This document shows positions 1 through 60,550 of a DNA stretch of 64,000 nucleotides, piece by piece. The stretch covers positions 11,346,001-11,410,000 of the forward strand of contig CM120641.1 in assembly GCA_051362555.1 (NCBI GenBank). Reading direction: 5' to 3'. Both the position numbers and the translations under genes were made by a program. The stretch's first letter is position 1. Each line of letters begins with the position of its first letter. The DNA comes from Lingula anatina (taxonomy: Eukaryota; Animalia; Brachiopoda). Below the pieces are notes generated by a model that was not told the origin of the DNA, ran no database searches, and worked only from the letters and a program-made list of their open reading frames with translations.

Positions 1-622
1 AGGAATCTTTAGAAACCCAATTTTCTCCCCATCTATCACAGAAAATACACCCCTTATCTATTAGAAGCAGGATTTAGCACATATGTAATGAGAAGGGCAA
101 ATAAAATTGCAGTGAAATGTCAAGATCACAAATTGGATATAAAATCTTTGAACCTGTTTGAGCTTATTTTCTGATGCAGAATCGTGTTTATTCAGTCTGC
201 TCCTTTGAAATTATAGACAACTTGAAGTCAATTCTTACTATCTCCCCTTGATTAACTGTGTTACATACTGGTGCTATGATCAGGGTTAAGATCTCCGTGG
301 AAGGTGTGAGGATCTCATTGGGGATTAGAGTTACAATTATCCACCTGACTATTGAGACTAAAATAGTTTGAATAGTAGATTTCCTTATCAGAATTTTCCT
401 TTGCCCACACTGCCTCGTACACAAGATAGACAATATTTTCAAAAAAAAAATTTAACCTTCAGATATATCAACTTTTATTACAAATATCTAGAAACAAGCA
501 ATCTGTAATGACAAATGGTCAAATCAAATGTTAAATATTACACCACAAGGCAAGATTTTCAGTCATTCCTCTCAAGGAACAAACTCATCACTATTACAAC
601 CCTCACTAATACAGCACTAACA

Positions 623-808
623 CAGGCCCATAGGCGGGGAAGGTCCAATAAGCCCTCCTTTTTGGCCAGAAAAGGTCAGCTCTGAATTACAATTTAATCT
701 AGACTAGGTTCTATGCCCTTTCCCCAAGGTGTAGTGCCTGAAGAGGTAAAAGGGTCCCCTATTTTCAGAAAAAGAGCCCCCCTTTTGAAACTGCTGGCTA
801 CAGGCCTT
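623..808. mobile_element. MITE, CAGGCC(T/C)-terminal family, degenerate copy
   Basis: Ends CAGGCCCATAG...CTGGCTACAGGCCT; internal similarity to 1719-1887 (aaaaggtc, cccccttttgaaa). Confidence 0.7.
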
Positions 809-1718
809 TGATAGATTGGACTGCAGGATTCAGTGTGTACTGCAGAGATGTTGGCACTGCCTACTATGTATACAACTTTATTTTCTACTGCAAATTGTAC
901 TGTAACTGTAAGGGCACAGGTAAATAAATACACAGTTCACATGATGTTTAATTCAATAAAATACCACGTTATAAAGAAGAAAACATTTGTTTTCATTCTC
1001 ATAACAAAAGCTGAAACTTTTCATTCATGTTTTAAGGGCTTGTTCTTTATTTCAAATATTAAGATTTTGTTACAAGTTCAACTCATAATTCTAACAAAAA
1101 CGGCTAAACCCACCTGCTCAAGAAAATGATTGTTTTTTTAAATAACTCTCTAGTACCCCAAGCATGTTTTTGTTACAAGGGCAGTTAAACTGAAAAACAT
1201 TCCATATGATCACAAAGAATAAAATTGTTTCTTTTTGACACCAGGTACATAAACTGGCCAGAGTGAGAGACCCCAAGGGGGCAAGAGAGGTGAGAAGGTC
1301 CTTTTTATCATTCCAAATAACCATACACTTAATTTCACAAGGACAAATTTAAATTAATTGATTTTCTTCAGCTGTATCAATTTCAACATAAAGATACCTC
1401 CTAGGCACAAAAATCAAATGCAACCCTCCAAATTAGGAGATATAGAGGCATCTGCTTACCCCAGCACAATATCTACAGCTACCCAGGTGGTACAAGATTT
1501 ACTGTTTCCTGCTTCATTACTTTTACTTTCACAACTTTTGCTTGATCTAGCAAAATTTAGTAAAAAATATCTTGAAATGAAAATAAATCTTGAACTAAAA
1601 TTTTTTTCTATATCACCAATAATCTATTATCAGTCGTCATCCTATCATTCTAATCATACGGTTCTACTGAATAGTCTCACAGTATTTCTTTATATGCCTG
1701 GTACACCTGCACATCTTA

Positions 1719-1887
1719 CAGGCCTGTAGCCAGGGGGATTCAGAAGAATTCCCTTTTTGTCGGGAAAAGGTCCCCTCTGGATAAAATTTTATCAAGGTAC
1801 ATGAAGGTTTCATGTTAAAAGGTCCATTTTTTCAGACTAGGCTGAAAGACCCCCCCCCCCCTTTTGAAATTGCTGGCTACAGGCCTG
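1719..1887. mobile_element. MITE with 15-bp perfect TIR CAGGCCTGTAGCCAG and near 5-bp TSD (tctta/actta)
   Basis: TIRs read directly; same family as 623-808. Confidence 0.85.
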
Positions 1888-3402
1888 ACTTAGTTGACTA
1901 TACACACACTAATTGATTATGAAAGGGCATAAATTTCTCCCAATAACCAGACCCTTCAGACTTCCAGCTGCAGAAATAGAACAGTTTAATGTAAAATGCC
2001 TTAGTTTTGCCCAATAAAACAACGATTAACATTTCAAGTTCAGCACTTAGAAAAGTGCTAGTTTATCAATTCAAGTGCAACTAGCAAATCTGAACAGGCG
2101 CACCTCAAATGCCAAATTCATTCACTATTATCTGACAATTTCAAGCAAACTTGGCTTGGAAAAAAATCAAAGGCAGTCTTCTACCAAGCCCTCACAATGC
2201 AAATAGTAGTTTTAAAGATTATGACAGGTGACAATAATGCATCACCCCTCACTCCAATTCATATCAAACAAGCAAATCACCCCTTTTACTAAAATGCACT
2301 TTCTTTGCATCAAACGCAATCCTCTTTCATTGCAGCAACATCCATGTTTAATGTAGTACACACATTACAATCATATATAAACAAGATATATATCTACTGA
2401 GCAAACAGTAGTGTTACACCTTGTAACTCCTGACAGACATATATCACTCACATCAGCCCGCATTACACTCACTCACACACACTCTCATCTAGAAAAGCAT
2501 CCATTATGATAAAGATCATAGATACTCTTATAAATACAAGTGGGCACTTCAAATGTTTTACTTTTTAGTCCCCGGCACTGTCGCCTCTGTCATAACACAG
2601 GGTTTTTGGACACATATATCACCTTTTCAGTAGCTCTTGGCTTTTCAGGTCTGCTGCTGACCTGGAACAAGGCATCCCATTTACAACACCAAAGTAAAGT
2701 AAGTGATTTGTACAGGGTCACTTCTCTTACTGGACAGAAGGCATTTTTCAGTGTTTTCCTTCCTCTGCACCCTTTTTAAATGCCATTCCTTTGATTAAAG
2801 AGTCAGGTAGGAGATGCTAGCCAGCAATAGTATGATTCTATAGCAACTGCCTGGACCAAAAGAAATTGTATGTCCCCTATCTAGAGTTGTGCTCAAATCT
2901 ACTTTATTGCCCAATTAGTTGGTAATCTTATTACGCATACAACATGCAAAAAGTCAGTTAAAATAATATTTGTTCACAAATCAAAATGTAAAATTTATTG
3001 TTTGATCTACCCCATGAATCCTTTTTTTGGTGTCAGTCATCAACTGCAAGTTCAAATGTTAACACTTCAAGTTTTTCAAAAATAGTTGACTTTTAACTGT
3101 CAAAATTACCTTTGCTAAATCACATACACAGTTGATTTTTTCAAATAAGGTGACAGAAAATGGAGCATGCCAACATGTCAAAAAACATTTTCTAAAGCAC
3201 ACACACACAACTATTTTTTCTTCTTCATTTATTAAGTAACAGAAAAAAGCATATGAACTTCAGGTCTCATAACACAGACAGATAGTTAAATAACCCAACA
3301 AACATTTCTTTTGAGGTGAGATATTAAATTCCAAGTAGCAGAAACAGCCATTTCCTGACTATATGCGGTTAATTCAAATGATTGTGGCAGACATAGTCCT
3401 GT

Positions 3403-3441
<39 letters not shown>
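3403..3441. repeat. (GA)n microsatellite
   Basis: Read directly. Confidence 0.95.
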
Positions 3442-4565
3442 TGGACTTTAAAATAAAATAAGGACAAATGCTATATGTAAAAGCTGACAAGAAGGCCAAG
3501 AAGAGACAGACTGAAGGGATTGTCACCCCTTGGGAATTGTGTAAGAAAGGAAAATAATGCATTCCCCACTTTTCTGCCTTGCATCACTACCTGTTGACAC
3601 ACGGTGAAGCCTGACAAGGTAAAGGTATTATTTCCACTGAAAAGACTTAACACAACACAGGGCAATCACCAAAGCAAATATTTCTCTCCAGACAGACAAC
3701 TCTGCACACAGTCCAGGATGAGGTAACGACAAACGATGACAGGGTGGCACACGTATTAGCCCAGAGGGACACTGTTTGAGGAAGCCTTCTCACAATAAAA
3801 ACCCTTTCCTCTTTGAAGATTACAAATCTTATCAACACACCATGGGACATGGTCTCCTGACTTCCTCTACAGACATGTACAGACCAATGTAAACTGTGGT
3901 TATGTACCCTGCAATTTAACACAATGAAATGTGTAATATTAGGTCTTGATTATCCACATGAGGCTCACTTAGTTGCCCCGTGCGACCGCCTTGTTTGTCC
4001 AGATGAGGTTGCACGTATGGCTGCAACTTTGTAGTACTGGATTTAACAGGATAAAACTGCAGGGTAAATCACAATTTAAGCAAGGCAGATCCGAAACTCT
4101 CAAGTTTAAGAGTTAAACACACAATTGCATGTCCAAATGTTTGGCATGCTTAGGCCAGTGGGGTGAACTGAGTGCACTTGTTACACCAAAAACTTGGCTG
4201 GAAAAAGTTGCTTTTGTTAAGAATTTCTAATAAAGGGCACACTGATTAGAGTTCCTCCTATCTCAAAGAGGGTCCATTTTACCAAAAGACAGCCCCAGTA
4301 TCTCTTTCAGTCAAAAGTGTCTTTACACTTTACAATGTCAGGTAAAAGGCTTTCACTATACTTAGAAGTGATACCTAGATATTAGTGTCACTTGGGATCA
4401 AATGCCACTCTCTGGATCCTCTGGTGGTCTGGGGGACGTGTAGACACTGCTGTACTATCTGACTGTTGACTGTTGAAGTGAGTATTTATTATAGACATTA
4501 TCTGGTTTATGTCAAAATGTTACCAAAGTGATATGTGGAGAGGGGGTGAAGGAATCCCTGTCTAA

Positions 4566-4769
4566 GGCCACATTCAACCAAAGTTGATCAGTGGACTAAT
4601 AGATCTGCGGATCAAATATGGACAACCCAATTGAAAGCTTGCCATGTAATCCCTACAAGGAATCTATTTGGTGCCTATTAGAGGGTTATGCAGCAAGCTT
4701 TCAAATGGGTAAAACATATTTGATCCACAGATCTGTTAGCCACCAGATCAACTGGTTGTGAATATGACC
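4566..4769. mobile_element. PIF/Harbinger-like palindromic MITE with TAA TSD
   Basis: GGCCACATTCA...TGAATATGACC termini, TAA on both sides, long imperfect arms (atctgcggatcaaatatg/catatttgatccacagat). Confidence 0.85.
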
Positions 4770-5260
4770 TAACATGTACCACAAGTTTTGTTGTTAAAAA
4801 CACCAACTTACACAACTTGCACTAATTAACTGTCAAAAAACAAACTAAGTTCATATGGAAAAATCACATGAAAACTGTTAATAAATTTACCTTAATGCAT
4901 ACTTATACAGTGAATGTCAGATGCCTTTCAAAAACAATTTCTGCAAAAAATCTGTTTTTCAGACTCCAAATCTAGCAGTGTAACATTTTATAATTATAAA
5001 AATCAAAACTGCAGTGGTTAAAAAGCAATTTCGGTCATATTTCAATAAGAATAATGCATTTTACACACACACACACACACACACATTCAAAGGATAAAAA
5101 ACTTCCAACCTCCTCTGATTGTTGACATTTGGAACACTCTGGAGACACTCTGTCTCAAGGACTTCACATACTTTTCCACCACGATTTTCACCCCCAGACA
5201 ATGATCACAAGCAACAAGTATGATTTGTAGACTCAACACATGACCCTACACACTCTATAG

Positions 5261-5486
5261 TCATAATACTGTCAACCCAGTTTTCTGTCATAACACAGTA
5301 AACCCAGTTCTCTGTCATCCCTCTGTTATAACACTGTCAACCCAGTTCTCTGTCATAATACTGTCAACCCAGTTCTTTGTTGTAACACTGTCAACTTGAC
5401 AGTGTGAAGACAGAGAACTGGGTTGTCAGTGTTATGTCAGTGTCAACCCAGTTTTCTTCATAACACCGTCAACCCAGTTCTCTGTC
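5261..5486. repeat. 27-bp minisatellite (cataacactgtcaacccagttctctgt) with an internal inverted segment at 5396-5436
   Basis: About 7-8 degenerate units read directly. Confidence 0.85.
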
Positions 5487-8400
5487 CTTTGCGACCCTGG
5501 CCTAAACACCAACATTTACTTACTCATAAGGACCTCTCAAAGATTTTACACCACTTCTAGCTTACCACACACATACACACACACAGTGGGCATTTTCAGA
5601 CTATGGACATAATCCATTATCCTTCAGTTTGGACCAAACTCATCCCAACCCTACTTTTGTCTCAAGTGTACCCAACTGTCTTAACCTCTTAAGAATATAT
5701 ATGGTGCTGTAAAGCAATCACCTCCCTAAGATGACTTAACAAATTAATATGTAAGTCTTTCTACACCTGTATTAGAAAGGGTATAATACCACACCTGGGA
5801 GCACCGGGGTTAGCAGGTGACAACATTCCGAGACTTGTTAAACATGACTTGCCTTCCAAACCTTACCCGATGCACATGGGTAACTACTAAAACTTGTTGT
5901 AGCTATACATAAATTTGATACTTCAATGACTTAACCTGAGGAATAAAGTTGTTTTGTATTGAACCATTTCTTGCCCAATATCTTTCTGCAAAGTGTGATT
6001 TTCTTTCTTTGTAATGTATGTATATTTACAAGTTAATCAAAGATGACATTTTTATTTTCATGTGACAAACACAGCATTTCTCAAATTTCTTTAAGTTCAA
6101 ATAACACATTCTCAGATGATAAAACATTTAAAGCAAAAAACTGTTACTCTTATAAAAATGAAATTTAACACATCTTCTTAAGGGAGTATCCTCCTAAATT
6201 GTCCTAATATTTTAAAAAACTCTATCAGAATATCTCTTGCACACACAACATAACTAAGACAAACAAAATATTTGTCTTGTTTTTCACTTCTACCCTCTTT
6301 CACCACTCTGACTCTTAAGACTGGTCAACAAATTTGCATTCATCACTTTTATCCAAACACTTCTCTGAATGCCCCCTACCACAACCGCCTGGAGACATAT
6401 TTACAATTGGTCATCGTCAATGGCCGTGCCGCCTTAAACCAAAGCAAAATACTTATTTCTTCAAGTGCACGCTAATTTTCAGAGCAAATCAAAGTAAGTA
6501 CAATAGCCCTGTGGCTGTGCCAGACCATTTTACAGTGGACTATGGGTCCAGCAGGACACAAAACATCCAATCTACATGTTAAGCATCTAATAACAGTAGT
6601 TTCCAAACTGAAGACATTTTAAAATGCTGTCTACATGTATATCTGAAAATTTAACTGAACAAGGGACATTATCTCACTGGGGGTCCAATAAAGTAGACTA
6701 TGATTTGGGACAGAAAAACTGCAATGATAGGATCGATGAGAGGCATTCTATACCGCATGTCTCGACAAGAAGTCAAGCAAAGAAAAAACTCATTCATCAA
6801 GGTGTAAATGTGAAACCTAAATTTTCAATCAGATAACTTTTTTTCAGACATCTCAAAATACAATATTTTGTCATAAGAGACATTTCCCTGTACTTAGGGA
6901 GCTCCATGCATTGTGAGCATATTAATGACTTAGCTAGGTCCCCACAACCTTTTATGCATCAATAACATAGTCAATACAGACTGTGATTTTTATTTGAATC
7001 AAAACTCCATGGCCCCGTCAAAATATGACACAACATCATGTTGGCAAACATCAAATAATAAAACCTGCTGACTTGTCAGCATGCCTTAGTCTTTTGAACA
7101 GTTAAATTCCATTTGCTACTATTGTTCCATCTAGAAAATTTCTGAGTGCACTCATTCCACAACACAGGGGTCATTATCCACCGTAAAACTTGGTAAAACA
7201 ACGTTATTTGCACTATTCTAACTTAAAGGCTGATGCATAAATAAAAAGAAAGAACATTCTTAAGCTCAGATATATTTATGTGTAAGTTTCCTCAAAGTTA
7301 GCCATCCAAGAAAAAAATTTGAGTCGATCAAATTACTTAAGTATTATGTTTGTTTCTTCAGTGGTGGAAAAACCAACACCAATACAGAGCTCAGCCCTGC
7401 ACAATATGTACATTTTGAGGCTCTATAAAAGTAAATTCTTATCAGCATTCACAGGTTCTGAATGAATAGCATTCATGCTCTTGCATTTTACTTTTTTTAT
7501 ATAAAGCAAAAATGATGGAATCTTGAAATGCCATTACTCACAACTATCATCATAGTGAAGGTGTAAATAATACTTTTAATCTTTAATTCGCCGACATTTT
7601 CCTCTTGTCAAATGTTGTCTTAGTCAATGTAGTATATACTGTCAATTTCATTTTGTCTTGGACTTGTGTTCTACGATATGCTTCATTCCTTGCAGCTCTA
7701 TTAAATTCCTTTCAGGATATTAGTGTAACAAAGTTAGCTACTTAAATCTAAAGGGTTAAATTGGAAAGGAGGAGGGAAGTAAAGAAAGAAAGACCATATG
7801 TCCACTTTTATCTGAAGTAACCCCTGTGCTTTGATTGCCCATTTGATTTGACTCAGTAATCCCCTTTGGCTACCTGCTGTCACTCACTGCCTCAACAATT
7901 TATGTTTTGGACCGGGGTCTTCTATTAAAGCATAACATTATCAGTGAAAAGGAAGTTCAGTGTGTAGAACTCGGGGTCAGGACTAAAACGGCCAGGTAAA
8001 CTACTATGTACCATCTCAAGCATTCTGATACTACCTGACTGTATTCTGACCTGCGCACCTTTCTGAACCAAACTCCCTTAATCCATCACACTCAAGACAA
8101 ATCCATGCTTCACAGGCAAAAATAAAGGAGTTATTTTTTACCTGCATCCGGCGATCATTTAAAACATAAAGCAATTTTTATGGGTTAGAAGTTTCATTGT
8201 TGCATGAGGTTATTCAGATGTACCTGCCACTGCATGAATGGAGTTAAAAATTTGAATCACACCAAATCAGTATCGAATGTGTACTCCTACATCTACTTTG
8301 TCGTACAAGAATAACAATCACCCGGTTTGTATAAACTGTAAACCATTCACGCTGGAAGAATAGCCATGTATTTTTCTGATCCAGAAGGTCTTAACTAACA

Positions 8401-8799
8401 AACTTGTGATATTTGCTGATGTTACCTTACTGTAATAGAGACTGCGGGGCTCCGTGTGACTAACCACCTATGTGCCATGTATACAGTACTAAAATCTCAG
8501 AGGTTCTGACAATTAATTTTTTTATTATTAAAAAAAATCCATTGCATGGTGAAACACAAAACTATTAAAATGTCAACTCTTAAGTTGCCCAAAAAGAAAG
8601 GAAACTCAAACCCTGTTTGCAAAAAAAATTAAATAAAAAATGGACTGATAAGGGTAATAACATTCTAAAACAAAACATCAGTGTTAATGTTATGCAGTAT
8701 TGTGTGGCACTGGTTGTTGGTATGAAATCGGTGCACTTGTTCCCTTCTCTACTATTTTAGTACCACCGTTGGAAAGCTTTGACACTGACAGTATGGGAC

Positions 8800-9900
8800 A
8801 ACTTATAACCAATAACTTGCGACGACGACGATAAGCAAGCACCGTGAGCGCAGCGTGTTGCAACCACTGTATAAAAAGTACAGACTAAATTTCACAGTCG
8901 TTCTTGCGAAAGATTCGCAGCAGAATGTAAGTATTTAATAATGTTTAAGCTCCTGATGCATGTCCTACCTGATGCATCCCCAAGGAAAGGGTCGCCGGCG
9001 TTCCCCAATGGTATGTCCCCTCGTTCTCCACAGCCACCGACCAACACGGTACTGAGAACGGCCAAAAACAGTGCCCTGGTGAAAAAAAAATGAAAAGCTC
9101 CGGTTAAAAATTGGCGTTCCAACGCACAGATTAAAATAATTTCCCCATTATAACAAAGGCATTACCTTGATGTCATGCCTGCACTGTTAAATGGCGGACT
9201 CCGTGTATATTTTCCGCGTTTCTTTCACACATCCAACTCCTGTCGTCTGCACTTAGGAAATCGCCTTGCTGGCTGGAGGACGGACGAGTCCACTTTCCAC
9301 TCTCCGCAGGGAGGAGAGGTTGTCGCACACACTTAGGGGGGCAGCACGGTTGCAAAAAAGCGCTTTGAAAAACGTCAGTTTCATTTGAGGGGTAAAACAA
9401 ACTAATTAAATTTAAGGTGTGGTCAGTGTGGCAGAAGTAATGGCACATGGTTGGGGTGCAATGACGCGGAAAACTGCAAACTTTTCTTGCCGTTTTCGCT
9501 GTTTTCGTTTCTTCAGCAGCCGCCGGCTGAGGACACGAGAGTGTAAAACGCAACAGGTGCGTTAGCTTCCCTTTATTGTTTCTCTTTACATGCATTGAAT
9601 GACCTCATCGTATCAGTTGCTTTTCTTTTGATTATCAAGACCAAATTAATATCACACTGTTTGCCCTTCTCGCTCTGCGCCAATATTTTTGGCAAATGAA
9701 ACACGCTGACGGGCAAAAACGTGGACCCTCGAAGTTGAGAATGACGAAAGTAATATTTACAGATTTGCTTGAAGTAAACTAAACTAAATTAAGATATGTC
9801 TTCTTTTATTTTCATTACACATAACGTATAGAAATGCACCAACTATGCTAGTATTTGGAATAACAGTGAAATATTGAGGGAGACCCACCCCTATCGGTTC
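8800..9900. promoter_or_regulatory. CpG island-like regulatory region with + strand CCAAT (8809-8813), TATAAAAA (8870-8877) and splice donor GTAAGT (8927)
   Basis: Dense CpG relative to the flanks; motifs read directly from the sequence. Confidence 0.55.
9166..9176 (-). CDS. Probable start of a downstream minus-strand gene (ATG ACA TCA AG|gtaatg) at the end of a long CpG-rich first exon; product unknown
   Basis: CpG-rich 5'UTR-like sequence from about 9700 to 9177, in-frame upstream stop, GGCATGA context, donor AAG|gtaatg. No convincing second exon found in 1-9160. Confidence 0.4.
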
Positions 9901-12900
9901 CTTCCGTGAGCGGTCAAAGTGATTTGTAACATTGTTTTGTTCCACTTGATTTTTTTCTTAATATCCCATAAGCATGATGGTTTAGAATAGGAAAGTATAA
10001 GCACTGCACTAATAATCTGAACAGAATCTTGGGAGATGTAAAGATTCCTTACATTGTATGTTGTCAATGTGTATTCTTTACACCCTTTTATGTCATATTT
10101 TCATCAACAACAAAGAATTAAATGTCCCATCTTATGCAGATCACTTGAATGCACTAGCAATCTCACATATCATTGAGAGTTTATGTATTTAGAAAAAAAT
10201 AGTTCACAAAATATTACATTAACTTTATTATTTCCACTTACAGTTTACTTTTTAAATAATCTAAAAACATATTGCTATATCTTTACACCAAACTAGAAAT
10301 GAAAGTGGTGCTTTTTACACTTTTGTTGACTCTGCAAGCTATGTATCAATACAAAAAGTTTGGTGACAGTTAGTCCAGGCAAATGTATTTTGTCATTTGA
10401 AATCAGAGCCCTTTCTTTACAATGCGTTTGACCTTTAACTACCCCAAACAATGGCAACTTCCCTTCTGCCCATGAGCTCTTAAGAACAAATAAACCAGAC
10501 AACTGTATCATTTGAATCACTGAAACTACTTGACACCAACACAGATTTGACTTCCGCTGAAAGATGAACAGATTATTATTTGCATCCAGTTAGGGAAATG
10601 TCTGTGCTATGACACATTATGTCAATATGTGTGTGCAAAAATCTGGTACAAGGTCTTCTTGTTTTTCGTTATCAGTGATGGCAGAAATAGTATTTTAGAA
10701 GGAATGGGAATGATTAGTGTCTTGTTAACAAGGGGTAGGGTGTTACTAAGAACTCTGATGGGATTCATAAGCAAAAGTTTATGTATGCTTGTATACTTCT
10801 AGGAAAAGGGGGGGAATATCATGTTATAAAAGTGCCTTAAACCATTGTGCAGAAGACTTTGAAATATGTCAATACACGTGTATAACAGAACTTCACCAAA
10901 CTAACTAAAAAGGAAATTAGTTCTATAAGACATTAATACTTTCAGCTGAGGCACTTGTGCATTTGGTATTTTTTATATCTGAAAATGACCTTTCAAAATG
11001 CCATTATCGTTTCAGCTGGGTAGTATTGAACAAGATTTTAGGTAAAATCTGTCACATTTTTCTTCCATGTCGCTCTGTTCTCAAAATACTGCTCGTCAAG
11101 GTGAAATCGAACTCTGTACATCCGTGATTCCACAATAGTGATTTGTGTCATTAAACACAACAAGTTCTCCACCAGACGGTGTAACAAAAATACATAACCT
11201 CTTGCATTAAGGAAACCACAGCCCATGACAACTTTGCCTTGCTAACTACTGGTATGTGGCCCCAGTGTCTGTGGGCTTCCTGATACATTTGCATTAGCAA
11301 TAGCCACCAGCCATGTATGAGAAAACAAACAGAATAGAGTCAACATAGCCACACAGGCTTTTTTATTCACAACCCCTCAGCAATAACCACAACAATCAGA
11401 CTTGCTGAAATCTCAATGTCAACCTCAAATCTTACCATAGAAATCTTGCACAATAAATCTACTGTGATAACGAACAGCTAGAGTGTATGTTCTTACCGGA
11501 AGAGTTTTTTTTTCTAACCTGCTTGGTTAGGCGAAGGTGTTCCATAGGAAAGAAAAACAGATCTGCCTAGTTATAAGATCTTGATTGCCACACCCAAACA
11601 TCATAGAATCTCTATTTGTCTTCGGTCTTTACAAATACAAGTTAAAAAATTAAATATTCACATTCAGGGGATAATTACATATATTTGAGAAAAATTTCTG
11701 AATGTTCTGAAGAATGTACCAGAAGTAACTCTTACAAGGATATTAGAACTAGGAATTAATTTTTCTATAGTTTTTCATATTCTTATCTCTTAATTCCTGC
11801 ACACATTTACTACTGAAAATAACATTTCTGAATGCTGGTCTGGTTTGTTCAACTGATACAATGTACTGCATATGTAAGCTTTCATGTTTTATGCATCTTC
11901 CATAAAGATGTATAGTAACTAGCTGCTTGATTTCAAGTATTTAATCTTTAAAATGTTGAAAAACTTACCCATCATTAGGTGTTACAGCTGATGAAAACAG
12001 AGGTTAAGGTTTGCTATATTTCAGAATACAAAATCAAGAGGTTTTCCATTTACACAATACAAAACTCTGCTCTGACTTTAATGTTTTCACAAACATCTTG
12101 CCAGCTTTAATTAACCCTTATGGCTAAAAGATATTAAATGAAATAAAAAAAAAAACATTAACATTTATATTGCTTAGATAGAAAGATTTAAATAGTCAAG
12201 TCAGGAAGATGGTCTACTGAGGAAATGGATGTAACTTATCCTGACTGAAGCTGAATACAGAATTTCTCACCGAGACTAAATTGCTTAAATCTCATTCACA
12301 CGAAGACCTAACAGAAATAAACATATGTATTGTACAAATGAGTTCACGTAGACACAATTACGTTCTAGTATGATGCATCCAAATAACTACAAAAATCCTG
12401 ATAAAACACTTCAATCCCACTGTTGACCTATCCCCGTGAATACCAAGACTCACAGAGTATTCCCCCATTGTCAGCAATCTTGTAACTGACTTTGATGTGC
12501 TATTTTTTCTGACACACATAAAACACATGACCTAACCTATGTAAGTAACTGACTTGATTAGACAATAGTATTTTAGTATTCATTATCACAGTCTGGCACT
12601 GAAGTGCTGCTTACATCCACTGCCATTTGTTCCAATGGTTAAAAAAAGACAAAACTAACTTAAAATGGGGTATTGAGGTTGACAAGAAGTAGACTTCTTC
12701 AATATCCCACACGTAGATGGGTGGTTCAAAATGTTCACCCTAACTTAACTTATTATGACAGAATAATATACTGTAGATTGAATAGCAGTCATGCTCCAGA
12801 GGACACAAATAAAAAACGACATGGAACAGGAAAAGTTGCTCAGCAACATATGCGTATAAAAAAAGGTAATAATGTGAACTGCAGGTCTCAGCCAGAGATT

Positions 12901-12934
12901 GGAATTATTTATTTTCTTGAATTAAATCAGTCAA

Positions 12935-59608
<46,674 letters not shown>

Positions 59609-59619
59609 CTTGCTAAAGT

Positions 59620-59652
59620 TCAATGCCCTTCACAAGGTGAGCTGCTCAGCAT
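59620..59652 (-). promoter_or_regulatory. Upstream ORF (MLSSSPCEGH*) in the hyccin 5'UTR
   Basis: ATG at 59652, TGA ending at 59620, 11 nt before the main ATG and within the same exon. Confidence 0.6.
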
Positions 59653-60264
59653 TTGAAGATTTGTACAAAAGTGATGCCTTCAGCCAGTATCTACTGAAAT
59701 GAGATTTAAAAAATATGATTAAATAGATTTTCACATGGTGCTGCATTCAAAATAAAGGATGTGTCAAGCTCGGCAAAGTGTTGGACTCAGTGTCAGTATT
59801 TATGCCAGTTAAAAGTCAGTTGTCTCAATTTGAATGTAATAGTGTAATATTCAACTGCTAATTATAACAATTTGAAATGGAAAACCACATCTCCATTTCA
59901 TGTTTATGAAATCTTAAGCAAATAATATTCTTATATATACATGTACCACTAATTAAAATCACAGAAAAGTATCAGTAACTGTGATCTTACTAGAATACAG
60001 TGTCTTTTGGTCAAGATAAATTTAGCAATATTAGAATATGAATAAAATCAATGATAAATTTCATGAAAAAAAAATTTGATCATTGAATAAACTTATCCAA
60101 AAACATAACCTCCTTGGCAGAGGTAAACACTCCTTAGCCAAGTTTGAAAATGTTTAATTTTAAATTCAACCATCCCAGTTAAGTTGTAGCATGGAATCTT
60201 ATTTAATTTTTTAAAGCAATGATTTAATAAACTGCTGGTAAAAAGGAGCTGAAAGGCATGCAAT

Positions 60265-60550
60265 TGATGGTGATCCCATGAAAGTACAGTACATCTCCCC
60301 TGACATCTGATTTCTGGGTCACTTCTAACAATATCTATAATATGGGACTGATGGTGACCCCATGTGAATGCAGTTAAACCCTCCTGACATCTGATATCTG
60401 GCTCACTTTGCAAAATATCTGCGGCATGGGACGTGATGGTGACCCCTTGAAAGTTTTTCACAGATGTCACCCTGAGGCTTGTCGACAAATATCAATAAAG
60501 TGTACAATTCAGTGTACAACCCCCTGACATCCGAAAACTGAGTCACTTTT
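60265..60550. repeat. ~84-bp degenerate tandem repeat (about 3 units)
   Basis: tgatggtga(t/c)ccc at 60265, 60349 and 60434; recurring cctgacatc(t/c)ga...tcactt. Confidence 0.8.

Noticed and set aside
3969-4056. Minus-strand exon-like segment as exon 2 of the gene starting at 9176
   Set aside because: In the required phase it ends in TAA at the donor, and the peptide is unrecognisable.
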